Part shown: piece after piece, positions 7,523 through 15,361 of the stretch
Layout: each line of letters begins with the position of its first letter
Numbering within the stretch: the stretch's first letter is position 1
Assembly (NCBI GenBank): GCA_050331235.1
Contig: JBHJHA010000079.1
Coordinates: 1-18,767 of the forward strand
From: Leptolyngbyaceae cyanobacterium
GTDB lineage: Bacteria > Cyanobacteriota > Cyanobacteriia > Phormidesmidales > Phormidesmidaceae
DNA: 18,767 nt
Direction: 5' to 3'
Translations under genes and position numbers: made by a program
Notes under the pieces: model-generated
Databases searched by the model: none
What the model saw: the letters and a program-made list of their open reading frames with translations, nothing else
Told to the model about the DNA's origin: nothing

Positions 7523-9088
7523 TCACCAGCCATATCTATCAATGAGGCGATCGCCGACCCGCAGCGCATTGGCAATAATCGTCAACGTCGGATTTACCCC
7601 ACTACTAGAGGGAAAGAAGCTGCTGTCGACGACATAGAGGTTATCAAGTTCGTGGGTGCGGCAATTGAGATCGAGCACAGTAGCGGCCGGATCAGGCCCA
7701 AACACACAGGTGCCGCACTGATGGCCTACCACTTGCAAAGGGGTCTTGTTGCGGGGATAAATGCCAAAGGGAATAACGTGTTCAGCCTGATCTAACTGTT
7801 TCAAGACTTGAGTCCAACGGTGAATCAGGCGATCGCCTGCCACCGTGTTGTTGGGCTGATAATGTACGTGAATGGTGCCAGCCTGGACCTGTACCCGATT
7901 ATTGGGATCTGGCAAGTCTTCGGTTTGCAGCCACCAGCCCGTCGATAGCTCCGCCACTCGACCGAGCTCTGAACCGGGGGCGAACTTAACAAATGGGGCC
8001 AGGAGCTTGGGCGCTTCCGCAGGAATCATGTCGCGCAACACATTCCCCGTGTTTTGAATGAACCCCATCGGGTAAGGAAAATCAGGCTCTCCCCAGTAGT
8101 AGTCGCTGATGGCGATCGTCTTCTGATAAATATCGCGATTGGGCGTTGTCGTTAGAGCGACCATCGCTGTCGTCAGGTGCTTCATCAGGTTACGCCCCAC
8201 CTGACCGGAGCCATTGGCCAACCCGTCGGGATGCCGGTCATTGGCCGATCGCAACAGCAGCGCCGCTGAATTAATCGCCCCACAGGCTACCACCACGATA
8301 TCTCCCGAGAACCGCTGAGACTCGCCCTGGACATCAGCTTCGACCGTAGTCACGGTGTTGCCCACCGCGTTGGTGATCAGCCTTGTCGCCATGGTCTGGG
8401 TCAGCAGCGTAATGTTGCTTTCCTGGCGAATCGGCTGAATTCCATTGACTTCAGCATCCGCCTTGCCCTGCACCAAACAGGGAAAGCCATCACAGGAGTC
8501 ACAGCGAATGCAGGCTCCCAAGGTTTTATCCACCTCATTGAGTTTGAGACCCAGGGGAAGATTAAATGGATGGAGCCCCTGCTGGGTGAGGCGATCAGCA
8601 ATCGCCTGCATCCTGGGCTCGTGGCTCACAGCGGGATGGGGAAAAGCAGCGCTACGAGATGGCTCAGTCGGGTCAGCCCCCGCCGTCCCATGCACGTCAT
8701 AAAGCTGCTCGGCAGCGGCGTAATAGGGTTCAAAGTCGGCGTATTTGAGCGGCCATTCGGGGGAGATGCCATCTTGGTGTTCTACCGCGTCAAAGTCGCG
8801 CTCTCGCAGCCGCAACAGAGCAGCTCCATAAACTTTGGTATTACCCCCTACCCAGTAACTCATCTGCGGTCGAAAGGACTGCCCACTACTGTCGTCAATC
8901 CACGCTTCGTGGGTGTGATAGCGCTCGTCTTGGTATACCGCTTTGGCGTCCCAGTTGGCTTTTTCTCGGGGCAAAAAGTCGCCTCGCTCCAGGATCAGGA
9001 TTTGCTTTCCCGTAGCGGCCAGTCGATGGGCGATCGTGCCACCCCCAGCCCCCGTCCCAATCACGATGATGTCATAGTGGGCCGCCAT
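7523..9088 (-). CDS. GMC-family FAD-dependent oxidoreductase
   Basis: N-terminal Rossmann motif YDIIVIGTGAGGG...ILILERG, VGGNTKVYGAALLR, VVVACGAINSAALLLRS, GQVGRNLMKH, and C-terminal HQCGTCVFG and NLYVVDSSFFPSSSGVNPTLTIIANALRV. Internal Cys cluster CIRCDSCDGFPC. Confidence 0.93.
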   Translation of the reverse strand: MAAHYDIIVIGTGAGGGTIAHRLAATGKQILILERGDFLPREKANWDAKAVYQDERYHTHEAWIDDSSGQSFRPQMSYWVGGNTKVYGAALLRLRERDFDAVEHQDGISPEWPLKYADFEPYYAAAEQLYDVHGTAGADPTEPSRSAAFPHPAVSHEPRMQAIADRLTQQGLHPFNLPLGLKLNEVDKTLGACIRCDSCDGFPCLVQGKADAEVNGIQPIRQESNITLLTQTMATRLITNAVGNTVTTVEADVQGESQRFSGDIVVVACGAINSAALLLRSANDRHPDGLANGSGQVGRNLMKHLTTAMVALTTTPNRDIYQKTIAISDYYWGEPDFPYPMGFIQNTGNVLRDMIPAEAPKLLAPFVKFAPGSELGRVAELSTGWWLQTEDLPDPNNRVQVQAGTIHVHYQPNNTVAGDRLIHRWTQVLKQLDQAEHVIPFGIYPRNKTPLQVVGHQCGTCVFGPDPAATVLDLNCRTHELDNLYVVDSSFFPSSSGVNPTLTIIANALRVGDRLIDRYGW

Positions 9089-9325
9089 GCCGTTCTCCGC
9101 TATGCTATGCCAGACATCTCAAAACCATCTGCACTGCATAGCGTAGACAACCCCTTCAAGAATGTCTGTATGAAAAAATCAGTAGTCCATCAGCAAAATC
9201 ATCACTTAATTATTTCTTCATGGTTACATGTCGAACTAAAGACTTATGAACCGGACACCAATTCGATGGTGAGTAAATGGAAATATCACCCAAATCGAAC
9301 TCAAACTCATTTCACCATCTGAATA

Positions 9326-9808
9326 ATGCCTCAAAAACTCAAAAGAATCGAACGGGACCTGAAATTTCCAGGGGTGTACGCCTCTGTCGTTACTTGTAAA
9401 GATCCCAAAGGTTCCGTTGACTGGTATGTTCGTTTTCTAATGCCAGGACCTGACAGAAGATTCAATCCCGCTATTGCTGTCGTTCCGGCCCACAAACTTC
9501 CTAAGCTCATTAGCAACCTTGAGAATGCATACCAGGGAATGAATTCCTTAAGCACAAGAAACCTGAGTGATAGACTCACTGAAGTATATGTAGACTTCGG
9601 AGATGTTAGCGATACATTATCAATAGCTCTTGAAGTCGAGCTTTACCATTTCTTATTTTGGACTCATCGCAACGTAAAGCTCAACTTTCTAGTGTCCAGC
9701 AAAACACAGATCTTTCGTTGCTCTTTTGATGCCAACGCTTCAAAAAGCGTAATAGAGAAATTAAAGTCAGCCAACTATATAGCGAAAGAACTCATACAAA
9801 GTACTTAA
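9326..9808 (+). CDS. Hypothetical protein, 160 aa, AT-rich
   Basis: An ATG-started 160-codon ORF fills AT-rich DNA in which stops would otherwise be frequent, and converges on the desaturase. No family recognised. Confidence 0.6.
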   Translation: MPQKLKRIERDLKFPGVYASVVTCKDPKGSVDWYVRFLMPGPDRRFNPAIAVVPAHKLPKLISNLENAYQGMNSLSTRNLSDRLTEVYVDFGDVSDTLSIALEVELYHFLFWTHRNVKLNFLVSSKTQIFRCSFDANASKSVIEKLKSANYIAKELIQST

Positions 9809-9848
9809 CTCCTTAAGTTCTTGACAACTTTTTAATTTTCGATAATTT

Positions 9849-9902
9849 TTAGCTAGCGATCGCCCAAATTCTTGCTCAAAAAATCGGAGCGATCGCGCCT
9901 AA
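9849..9902. repeat. Imperfect inverted repeat with a HIP1 site in each arm, between convergent genes
   Basis: TTAGCTAGCGATCGC (HIP1 9856..9863) pairs imperfectly with GCGATCGCGCCTAA (HIP1 9889..9896) across a 25-nt spacer. Confidence 0.45.
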
Positions 9903-9906
9903 CTCA

Positions 9907-11004
9907 TCAGAGCTTATCCATTTTTGTCAATGGACAAGGGACCGCTTGGTTGCCAAACCAATCAACGAAAGTCGTATCGTCTTGATAATGGCGAGGAGTT
10001 TTTAACAAAATTTTCCAAGCCTGCTTGGCCTCAAGTAAATTAAGTCGACCCGGATATTCTTGCTGCAAGATTTTGCGCAGGAGCGGGTAATAGTCAGGAT
10101 TCATATTTGGAAAAACATGATGCTCTGTGTGATACGAAAAGTTGAGGTGCAAAAGATCGAAAATCCTAGGGACTTTTAGGGAAACACTGTTAACCAGGGG
10201 GTCATTGACCTCAGTTAGTTGACACATCATATGGTTGGTGTATACATATAACATGACAACACTATGACCAATCCAAATAGGCAGAAAATAGCCTAATAAC
10301 AGCTGAACAGGGTTGAAGTCTAGATAGGCAATGATACTGAAGTGGAGGGCAATCAGCAGTCCCCACTCAAGAGTAATTGTCCGTCTTTTACGCTTAGTCA
10401 CCTGAAACGCTGCTGGTGGATAGTTGGCTAAACCATCATTAAAAAAGACGACCGAGGTGAGATTGCGCAATGCATGAATGCTCCAGGCGTGCGCCATCCC
10501 AATCACTAGAAAAATTGGGTTCACATCCCGCGATGGAACAAACTGATGTTGAATCCACTTACCCCAGGTTGTTGGCTGAGTTGCTAAATAGTTGCGATCG
10601 GGATCATTGATCGAGTTGGTCTTGTTGTGATGCTCCTGATTGTGGACTGATTTCCAAAGGGTGGGCGGCATCCATAACATGGCCAACCCCAAAAAGCTCA
10701 GCAGGTATCTGACGCGCGGGTTTTTGATAGCCTTAGCATGCAATAGATCATGGGTACTAAAAAGAGCAACAACAATGCTGTTTCCCATAATGAGACTGAG
10801 CGGCAAAAAGCCAACCCAAAAGTAGGGGTTCCACTGTGACAAGTAGCTAGCGATTCCTACTCCCAGAATCAGAATAATCAGATTAACAAGTAGTATGTGA
10901 AGCGTATGATGAGTAGGCACAAATGCTTGAGCAGGCATCAATAAACGGAGTTTCTTGATGTATTCTGCTTGCGAGATTAGTGGCGAATGACGAACAGAAT
11001 TCAT
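9907..11004 (-). CDS. Membrane fatty-acid desaturase family protein
   Basis: Three His boxes HDLLH, HNQEHH and HTEHHVFP, a YTNH motif and several hydrophobic segments. Regiospecificity cannot be assigned. Confidence 0.9.
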   Translation of the reverse strand: MNSVRHSPLISQAEYIKKLRLLMPAQAFVPTHHTLHILLVNLIILILGVGIASYLSQWNPYFWVGFLPLSLIMGNSIVVALFSTHDLLHAKAIKNPRVRYLLSFLGLAMLWMPPTLWKSVHNQEHHNKTNSINDPDRNYLATQPTTWGKWIQHQFVPSRDVNPIFLVIGMAHAWSIHALRNLTSVVFFNDGLANYPPAAFQVTKRKRRTITLEWGLLIALHFSIIAYLDFNPVQLLLGYFLPIWIGHSVVMLYVYTNHMMCQLTEVNDPLVNSVSLKVPRIFDLLHLNFSYHTEHHVFPNMNPDYYPLLRKILQQEYPGRLNLLEAKQAWKILLKTPRHYQDDTTFVDWFGNQAVPCPLTKMDKL

Positions 11005-11050
11005 GTAGTGGTTTCACCTTACTTTAAGCCTCCATTATATCAATCCACCT

Positions 11051-11232
11051 GTCAAATTTTAGCTATTTATTCCCGGAGGAAGATAAACTTTTGAGACATC
11101 TATTTACCAAATCAAAGTCTTCCTGATTTTATTTGGTCAACATCTCAAATCAGTCGTCAACAATCTACCAAGTTCAGCGGTGTCATATCCAACAATAAAT
11201 TATCTAGCTTTGCCAATAAATAGACATTTGAC
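11051..11232. repeat. Nested imperfect inverted repeats (potential multi-stem RNA or DNA structure) upstream of the desaturase
   Basis: Complementary pairs: GTCAAAT 11051-57/ATTTGAC 11226-32; CTATTTATT 11063-71/AATAAATAG 11215-23; AGATAA 11081-86/TTATCT 11200-05; TTTGAGA 11090-96/TCTCAAA 11143-49; ACCAAAT 11106-12/ATTTGGT 11131-37. Confidence 0.5.
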
Positions 11233-11684
11233 TCGCGCAGTTTCCTGAAACATGAACGGCAAAATGGTGGGCTGTCTTTTACTGCTAATTCCATACTTTC
11301 ATGCAATCTAAAATTATGCTCTGCTATGTGCTTCTAATTTTTCATTTCAAGATAAAAGCAGAAACCTCAACATCTTAAAATATTCAATATTTACAGCATC
11401 AACCATGTTTAGCCAAACCGCGATCGCAAGTCAATCCTATTCTCAGTGACTGAAATTATCGTTTCCTTAAATTACGCTTGTGCGGGCTACTCGACCTATT
11501 GTTGTCTTGTTTAAGGCACCATTATGCTGTTTTTAAGCGAGCAAGCGCTGGTCTGGTCACAGTCAACACTTTCCCGATATCGTCAGCACCGCGATCGCCC
11601 GTCCTCCCCAAAAGCCAGGATACAGCTTTAAGATAAATTGGCCCATTGCCTTAACCATTATCTATCAACTCTAAAGGTTCAAAG

Positions 11685-12224
11685 ATGTCTGTTGTTGTTT
11701 CAGTCAATAAAAGCTCAGACCATACCTTTTCTAAGCAACCGGTGCCCAAAATTATGCTGCTAGCTGGGTTAGGAGTTGAGGGTGATGCCCACTGTGGAGA
11801 GCGAGTCAAGCACCGTTCGCGGGTCAAGAAAGCACCCATGCAGGTTAACCTTCGGCAAGTTCACCTCATCCATCTAGAACTCATTGCTGAACTCCAAGCA
11901 GCCGGATTTTCGGTAGCTGCCGCCGCCATGGGGGAAAACATCACCACCCAAGGCGTTGACCTCCTTGCATTACCTCGGGGAACACGCTTAAAGCTAGGCG
12001 CAAGCGCCCTCATTGAAGTAACGGGGCTGAGAAACCCCTGTAAGCAACTGAATGACTTTCAGCCGGGGCTCATGGCGGCAGTGTTGGATCAAGACAACAT
12101 GGGCAACGTGATTCGCAAGTCAGGCATTATGTCCGTTGTCATCACCGGCGGTGAGGTCTCCCCCGGCGATGCGATTGAAATACTGTTGCCACCGCCGCCT
12201 CACGAAAAACTTGCACCGGTCTAA
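11685..12224 (+). CDS. MOSC domain-containing protein (YiiM-like molybdenum cofactor/sulfur carrier fold)
   Basis: Motifs GLGVEGDAH, RQVHLI, MGENITTQG, LKLGASALIEVTGLRNPC (conserved Cys) and GIMSVVITGGEVSPGDAI. Confidence 0.9.
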   Translation: MSVVVSVNKSSDHTFSKQPVPKIMLLAGLGVEGDAHCGERVKHRSRVKKAPMQVNLRQVHLIHLELIAELQAAGFSVAAAAMGENITTQGVDLLALPRGTRLKLGASALIEVTGLRNPCKQLNDFQPGLMAAVLDQDNMGNVIRKSGIMSVVITGGEVSPGDAIEILLPPPPHEKLAPV

Positions 12225-12230
12225 CAAACC

Positions 12231-13943
12231 TCAGGACTGGTCTAACTTTTTTACTTGCAGAGTCCGCAGCCGATTGAGGGCAGCCGCGAGCTCTAGTAGA
12301 CGAAAGCCAGCAAATGCGCCGGTAGGACGATCGCTCAAACAATCCAATCCCTGCGTCTGAATATCTGCCATCACAGCCTGCAACGCCGCCAATAGGGTCT
12401 GCCGACCGTCCAGGTAATGTTGTTGAACATAGACAAGGGCCGCAGCGATCGCGTTTGCCTGCCCTGGCTCAATCAACTGTTCTAAGGCAGCAATATCAAT
12501 GCTGTGGTTGCCGATGACAATTTCCTGAGTAGCTCGGGCCTTAACGTGGCTAGATCGTTTACCTTTGCGCGGATCAATACTGCCAGGCAGCACCACCCGA
12601 GGGGTGCTAACTCCAAAAGTCTGGCCGCCTTCGGCTCGACGCGCAGTTTGGTGAGTAGCGGCGATCGCTTTCGCCTGGGGAGTCACATCCTGGGGTTGAT
12701 AGTTATCTAACGCGATGACCGTATCAGCGACATCGAAGTAATCGCCGCTGCCCCCGATAACCAACAGCGTCGAAACACCATAGTCTGTCTGGAGCTGCTT
12801 CACCTTATCGATAAATGGCGTGATGGGTTCTCGGGCTTTGGCAATTAATGCCTGCATCCGGCGATCTCGAATCATAAAGTTAGTCGCAGACGTATCTTCG
12901 TCCATCAATAATGCAGTAGTGCCAACCGCGATCGCCTCAATAATGCTGGCGGCTTGGGAGGTGCTACCGCTGGCATCTTGAGTGCAAAATTCCTCCGTTA
13001 GGCGACCTTGGGGCAGGTGGTTGATAAAAGGCGAGATATTGACACCAGCAACACTGCGGCCATCTTCTGCCCGGACCTTGAGCGCTCGGGGAAGGGTTAC
13101 CACTCGTTCTCGCCCGTCACCGGGAATATGGTTGTAAACCCCTGCGGCGATTGCCTTGAGCAGCGTAGATTTGCCATGATAGCCACCCCCAACGATCAGC
13201 GTTATGCCCTGAGCAATACCTAACCCCGTTACCTTTTCCCCATCCGGCAGCGATAGCTCTACCCGTAGCGATGGCGGCGAGATCAACGGCACGGCGCCTG
13301 CCAAGGGTCGCTCGTCAATTCCGCTTTGGCGGGGTAGCACCGCCCCATCCGCCACGAAGGCCATCAGCTGGCGATCGCTCAACTGCTGTCGCAGATAATC
13401 CGCAGTTTCTGCACAGAGACAATGCTGCTCTACCGCAGCGGCATCTAAGGTCGAATAGTGGACAGCTTGGCAAACCATGCGGGGCAAAGTGTTGCAGAGG
13501 AGGGCTGCCGCCTGCCGCCCAGCAATGCGGCGACCAAAAGCGGGCAACCCGACCGTAAAGCGCATCTCTATTTCTGCCGAGGAAACGCGGGCAGCGGTGC
13601 GCGGCAAAATAGCTTGAGAAGGCCGAGCGATCGCGATGAGGCCACTTTTGCCAGAACCGCGTTCCCGCTGAGTGATCTGCGTCTGGGCATCGAACTGACG
13701 AATTAAATAATCTTCTAAAGCGATGCGGCGGCTGGTCTGGTCATACAAACTAAGGGGGAATTGAGCAGCCCGTTGCGACATGACGATGCGCAATCGACTG
13801 GGGGTCGCAAACGGGTCGCTTTGGACAGCATCAATATGCAGCGCAAAGGTGGGGAAGGTGTACTTCCCTCGAATCGACTGGTAAGACTTATAGCCTTGTC
13901 CATCGAGGGCTTGAAGGCGATCGCGCAGAACCTGAGCAGACAT
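12231..13943 (-). CDS. Predicted ATPase of the ABC class (ABC_ATPase domain protein), function unknown
   Basis: N-terminal LDGQGYKSY...IDAVQSDPFATPS and GSGKSG, Walker A IVGGGYHGKSTLL, GVYNHIPGDGRE, KVRAEDGR, DASGSTSQAA, Walker B LLMDEDTSATNFMIRD, and C-terminal ELAAALNRLR. Confidence 0.9.
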   Translation of the reverse strand: MSAQVLRDRLQALDGQGYKSYQSIRGKYTFPTFALHIDAVQSDPFATPSRLRIVMSQRAAQFPLSLYDQTSRRIALEDYLIRQFDAQTQITQRERGSGKSGLIAIARPSQAILPRTAARVSSAEIEMRFTVGLPAFGRRIAGRQAAALLCNTLPRMVCQAVHYSTLDAAAVEQHCLCAETADYLRQQLSDRQLMAFVADGAVLPRQSGIDERPLAGAVPLISPPSLRVELSLPDGEKVTGLGIAQGITLIVGGGYHGKSTLLKAIAAGVYNHIPGDGRERVVTLPRALKVRAEDGRSVAGVNISPFINHLPQGRLTEEFCTQDASGSTSQAASIIEAIAVGTTALLMDEDTSATNFMIRDRRMQALIAKAREPITPFIDKVKQLQTDYGVSTLLVIGGSGDYFDVADTVIALDNYQPQDVTPQAKAIAATHQTARRAEGGQTFGVSTPRVVLPGSIDPRKGKRSSHVKARATQEIVIGNHSIDIAALEQLIEPGQANAIAAALVYVQQHYLDGRQTLLAALQAVMADIQTQGLDCLSDRPTGAFAGFRLLELAAALNRLRTLQVKKLDQS

Positions 13944-14116
13944 ATTCCTTCCTACAGAGACAGACCTCTTTAATTAGGTTGATCTAGATCACACCGTTGT
14001 GGGATGACAGTCACCCCGGGATCAGACGAAGATCAATATAGAAATTAGGGGTCGTCACCGGAATTTTCCTGATTTTCATTGATATTAATACTGCACCTGA
14101 AAAATACCGATTACTT

Positions 14117-14638
14117 ATGTCTCTCGCTCTACCTCGTTTTTTGTCTGCTCCCACTCGCTTAACCTCGATGAACCCATCGGCACAGTTACGACGGTTTGCT
14201 GGTGGTGCATTGATTGGGCTAGGGGTGTTGATCAGTGCCTTCTCCCTGACACCCGCTACGGCTAGCGCCAACGTAACTGCCGATGCTCAACTTGCTGATG
14301 GAATGCATGTTTTTGGTGAAAGCCCTGACGCCAATCAGCTAGGCGTCACCTATATGACTCTGGAAGTGACCGCTGGTCAAGTCGTTGGTGGCTTTTACCA
14401 AGTATCCTCTTCGTTCGACTGTTTTCACGGCCATGTATCTGGCAATGATTTAGCGTTACAGTTGGCAGCCAGTTTCGAACAGCCCGAGTCTACTTTTAGC
14501 CTGGCCTTGGAGTCTCAAACAGCTGTCGCTGCCCAAGGCACCGTGGCCGCGACCTGGGTGCCCACAGGGTTCCACTCGGTCGCTGAGGTTACCGAAACTG
14601 ACCATCAAGTGTTACAAGCCTGTACCACTCAAATCTAG
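14117..14638 (+). CDS. Conserved cyanobacterial hypothetical protein, probably exported
   Basis: Hydrophobic segment ending in an A-S-A signal-peptidase-like site, then a domain DGMHVFGESPDANQLGVTYMTLEV...VVGGFYQVSSSFDCFHG...VLQAC that I recall from cyanobacterial hypotheticals. Two Cys. The start could be a later Met. Confidence 0.75.
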   Translation: MSLALPRFLSAPTRLTSMNPSAQLRRFAGGALIGLGVLISAFSLTPATASANVTADAQLADGMHVFGESPDANQLGVTYMTLEVTAGQVVGGFYQVSSSFDCFHGHVSGNDLALQLAASFEQPESTFSLALESQTAVAAQGTVAATWVPTGFHSVAEVTETDHQVLQACTTQI

Positions 14639-14697
14639 GGTCTGTCACGTGCAGCTCATGGAAACGCCCTAACGAGAATTAGTTAAGTGAATAGGTG

Positions 14698-14737
14698 CAA
14701 AAAGGCCGATCGCGCTGCAGCGCGATCGGCCTTATTT
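14698..14737. terminator. Probable bidirectional terminator between convergent genes
   Basis: Perfect 32-bp palindrome AAGGCCGATCGCGCTG|CAGCGCGATCGGCCTT at 14702..14733 with an A-run on the left and TTATTT on the right. Each arm carries 7/8 of HIP1. Confidence 0.75.
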
Positions 14738-14768
14738 ACGGGTCAAAACCATATCTTTTGGAGACCAT

Positions 14769-14999
14769 TCATGAAGAAGGATCAACTGCGCCACAGGCCA
14801 CAGTCATTGGTTCTAAGCTATAGCCGAGAACCTGCACGCCCTTACAAAACATGCCCATTTTGGCATGCAGTTCAAAGGCGGGGGTTTTGGACTGGCCCCA
14901 TTCAGCCTCGGTAAAAATCAACATTTTGTCACCCTGTGACTGCACAACCACAGGCATCTTCCGAGAACGGGACACTAGCCAATGAGTCGGTTGGAACAT
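14769..14999 (-). CDS. Small hypothetical protein, 76 aa
   Basis: ATG preceded by a GAGG RBS, protein-like sequence MFQPTHWLVSRSRKMPV...FTEAEW...PAFELHAKMGMFCKGVQV, and a hairpin just downstream. Confidence 0.7.
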   Translation of the reverse strand: MFQPTHWLVSRSRKMPVVVQSQGDKMLIFTEAEWGQSKTPAFELHAKMGMFCKGVQVLGYSLEPMTVACGAVDPSS

Positions 15000-15092
15000 C
15001 TAAACCTCGTAACCTAACTTTGGATGAACAAACAATTTCAGACTGGGATTCTATACTCAATTCTTTGAGAAGGGACATATATTGCATCGCGA

Positions 15093-15110
15093 CTCGTTAC
15101 AATATGTAAA
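15093..15110 (-). promoter_or_regulatory. Candidate HLR1 (RpaB)-like site between the 76-aa gene and clpC
   Basis: The minus strand reads TTTACATA-TT-GTAACGAG, with a perfect first half-site. The plus strand also has a perfect GTTACAAT half-site, and the core is the inverted repeat TTACA-ATA-TGTAA. Confidence 0.4.
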
Positions 15111-15361
15111 GTAGGGTCTAAGGTTAATCTCTGGAGAGAGACTATTCTTTAAAGTTTTACTTTAGCTTTTCTCTTTGCTCTGCCTAGCTTTGGGAGGTTT
15201 CCTAAGGCTCTATACGGCTCTCCCTACTGCCACTTGGTTAAGATTCTTTGTACAGTTTCCTTAACAGAGGTGAAGCGGTTGCCATTGGCGGCAGTCACCT
15301 CAGTGCCAGAGCAACCATCTTAGGAAGCTAGCTTCCTTGCACACGAAACCAAAACGGGGCT

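Noticed and set aside
9098..9143. CGCTATGC/GCATAGCG inverted repeat next to the GMC ribosome-binding site
   Set aside because: A single 8-bp stem with a 30-nt loop and no riboswitch consensus; too weak to call.
8570..9322. 250-aa plus-strand ORF
   Set aside because: Mostly antisense to the GMC gene with no recognisable motif, so most likely a shadow ORF. The same applies to 532..1104, 1708..2259, 4624..4989 and the other short antisense or overlapping track ORFs.
9114..11149. Direct repeat ACATCTCAAA at 9114..9123 and 11140..11149 as possible attachment sites or a target duplication
   Set aside because: Only 10 bp in AT-rich DNA, no integrase nearby, and the AT-rich tract continues well past the second copy.
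14687..14914. 75-aa plus-strand ORF
   Set aside because: It runs through the terminator palindrome and lies antisense to the better-supported 76-aa gene, which has an RBS.
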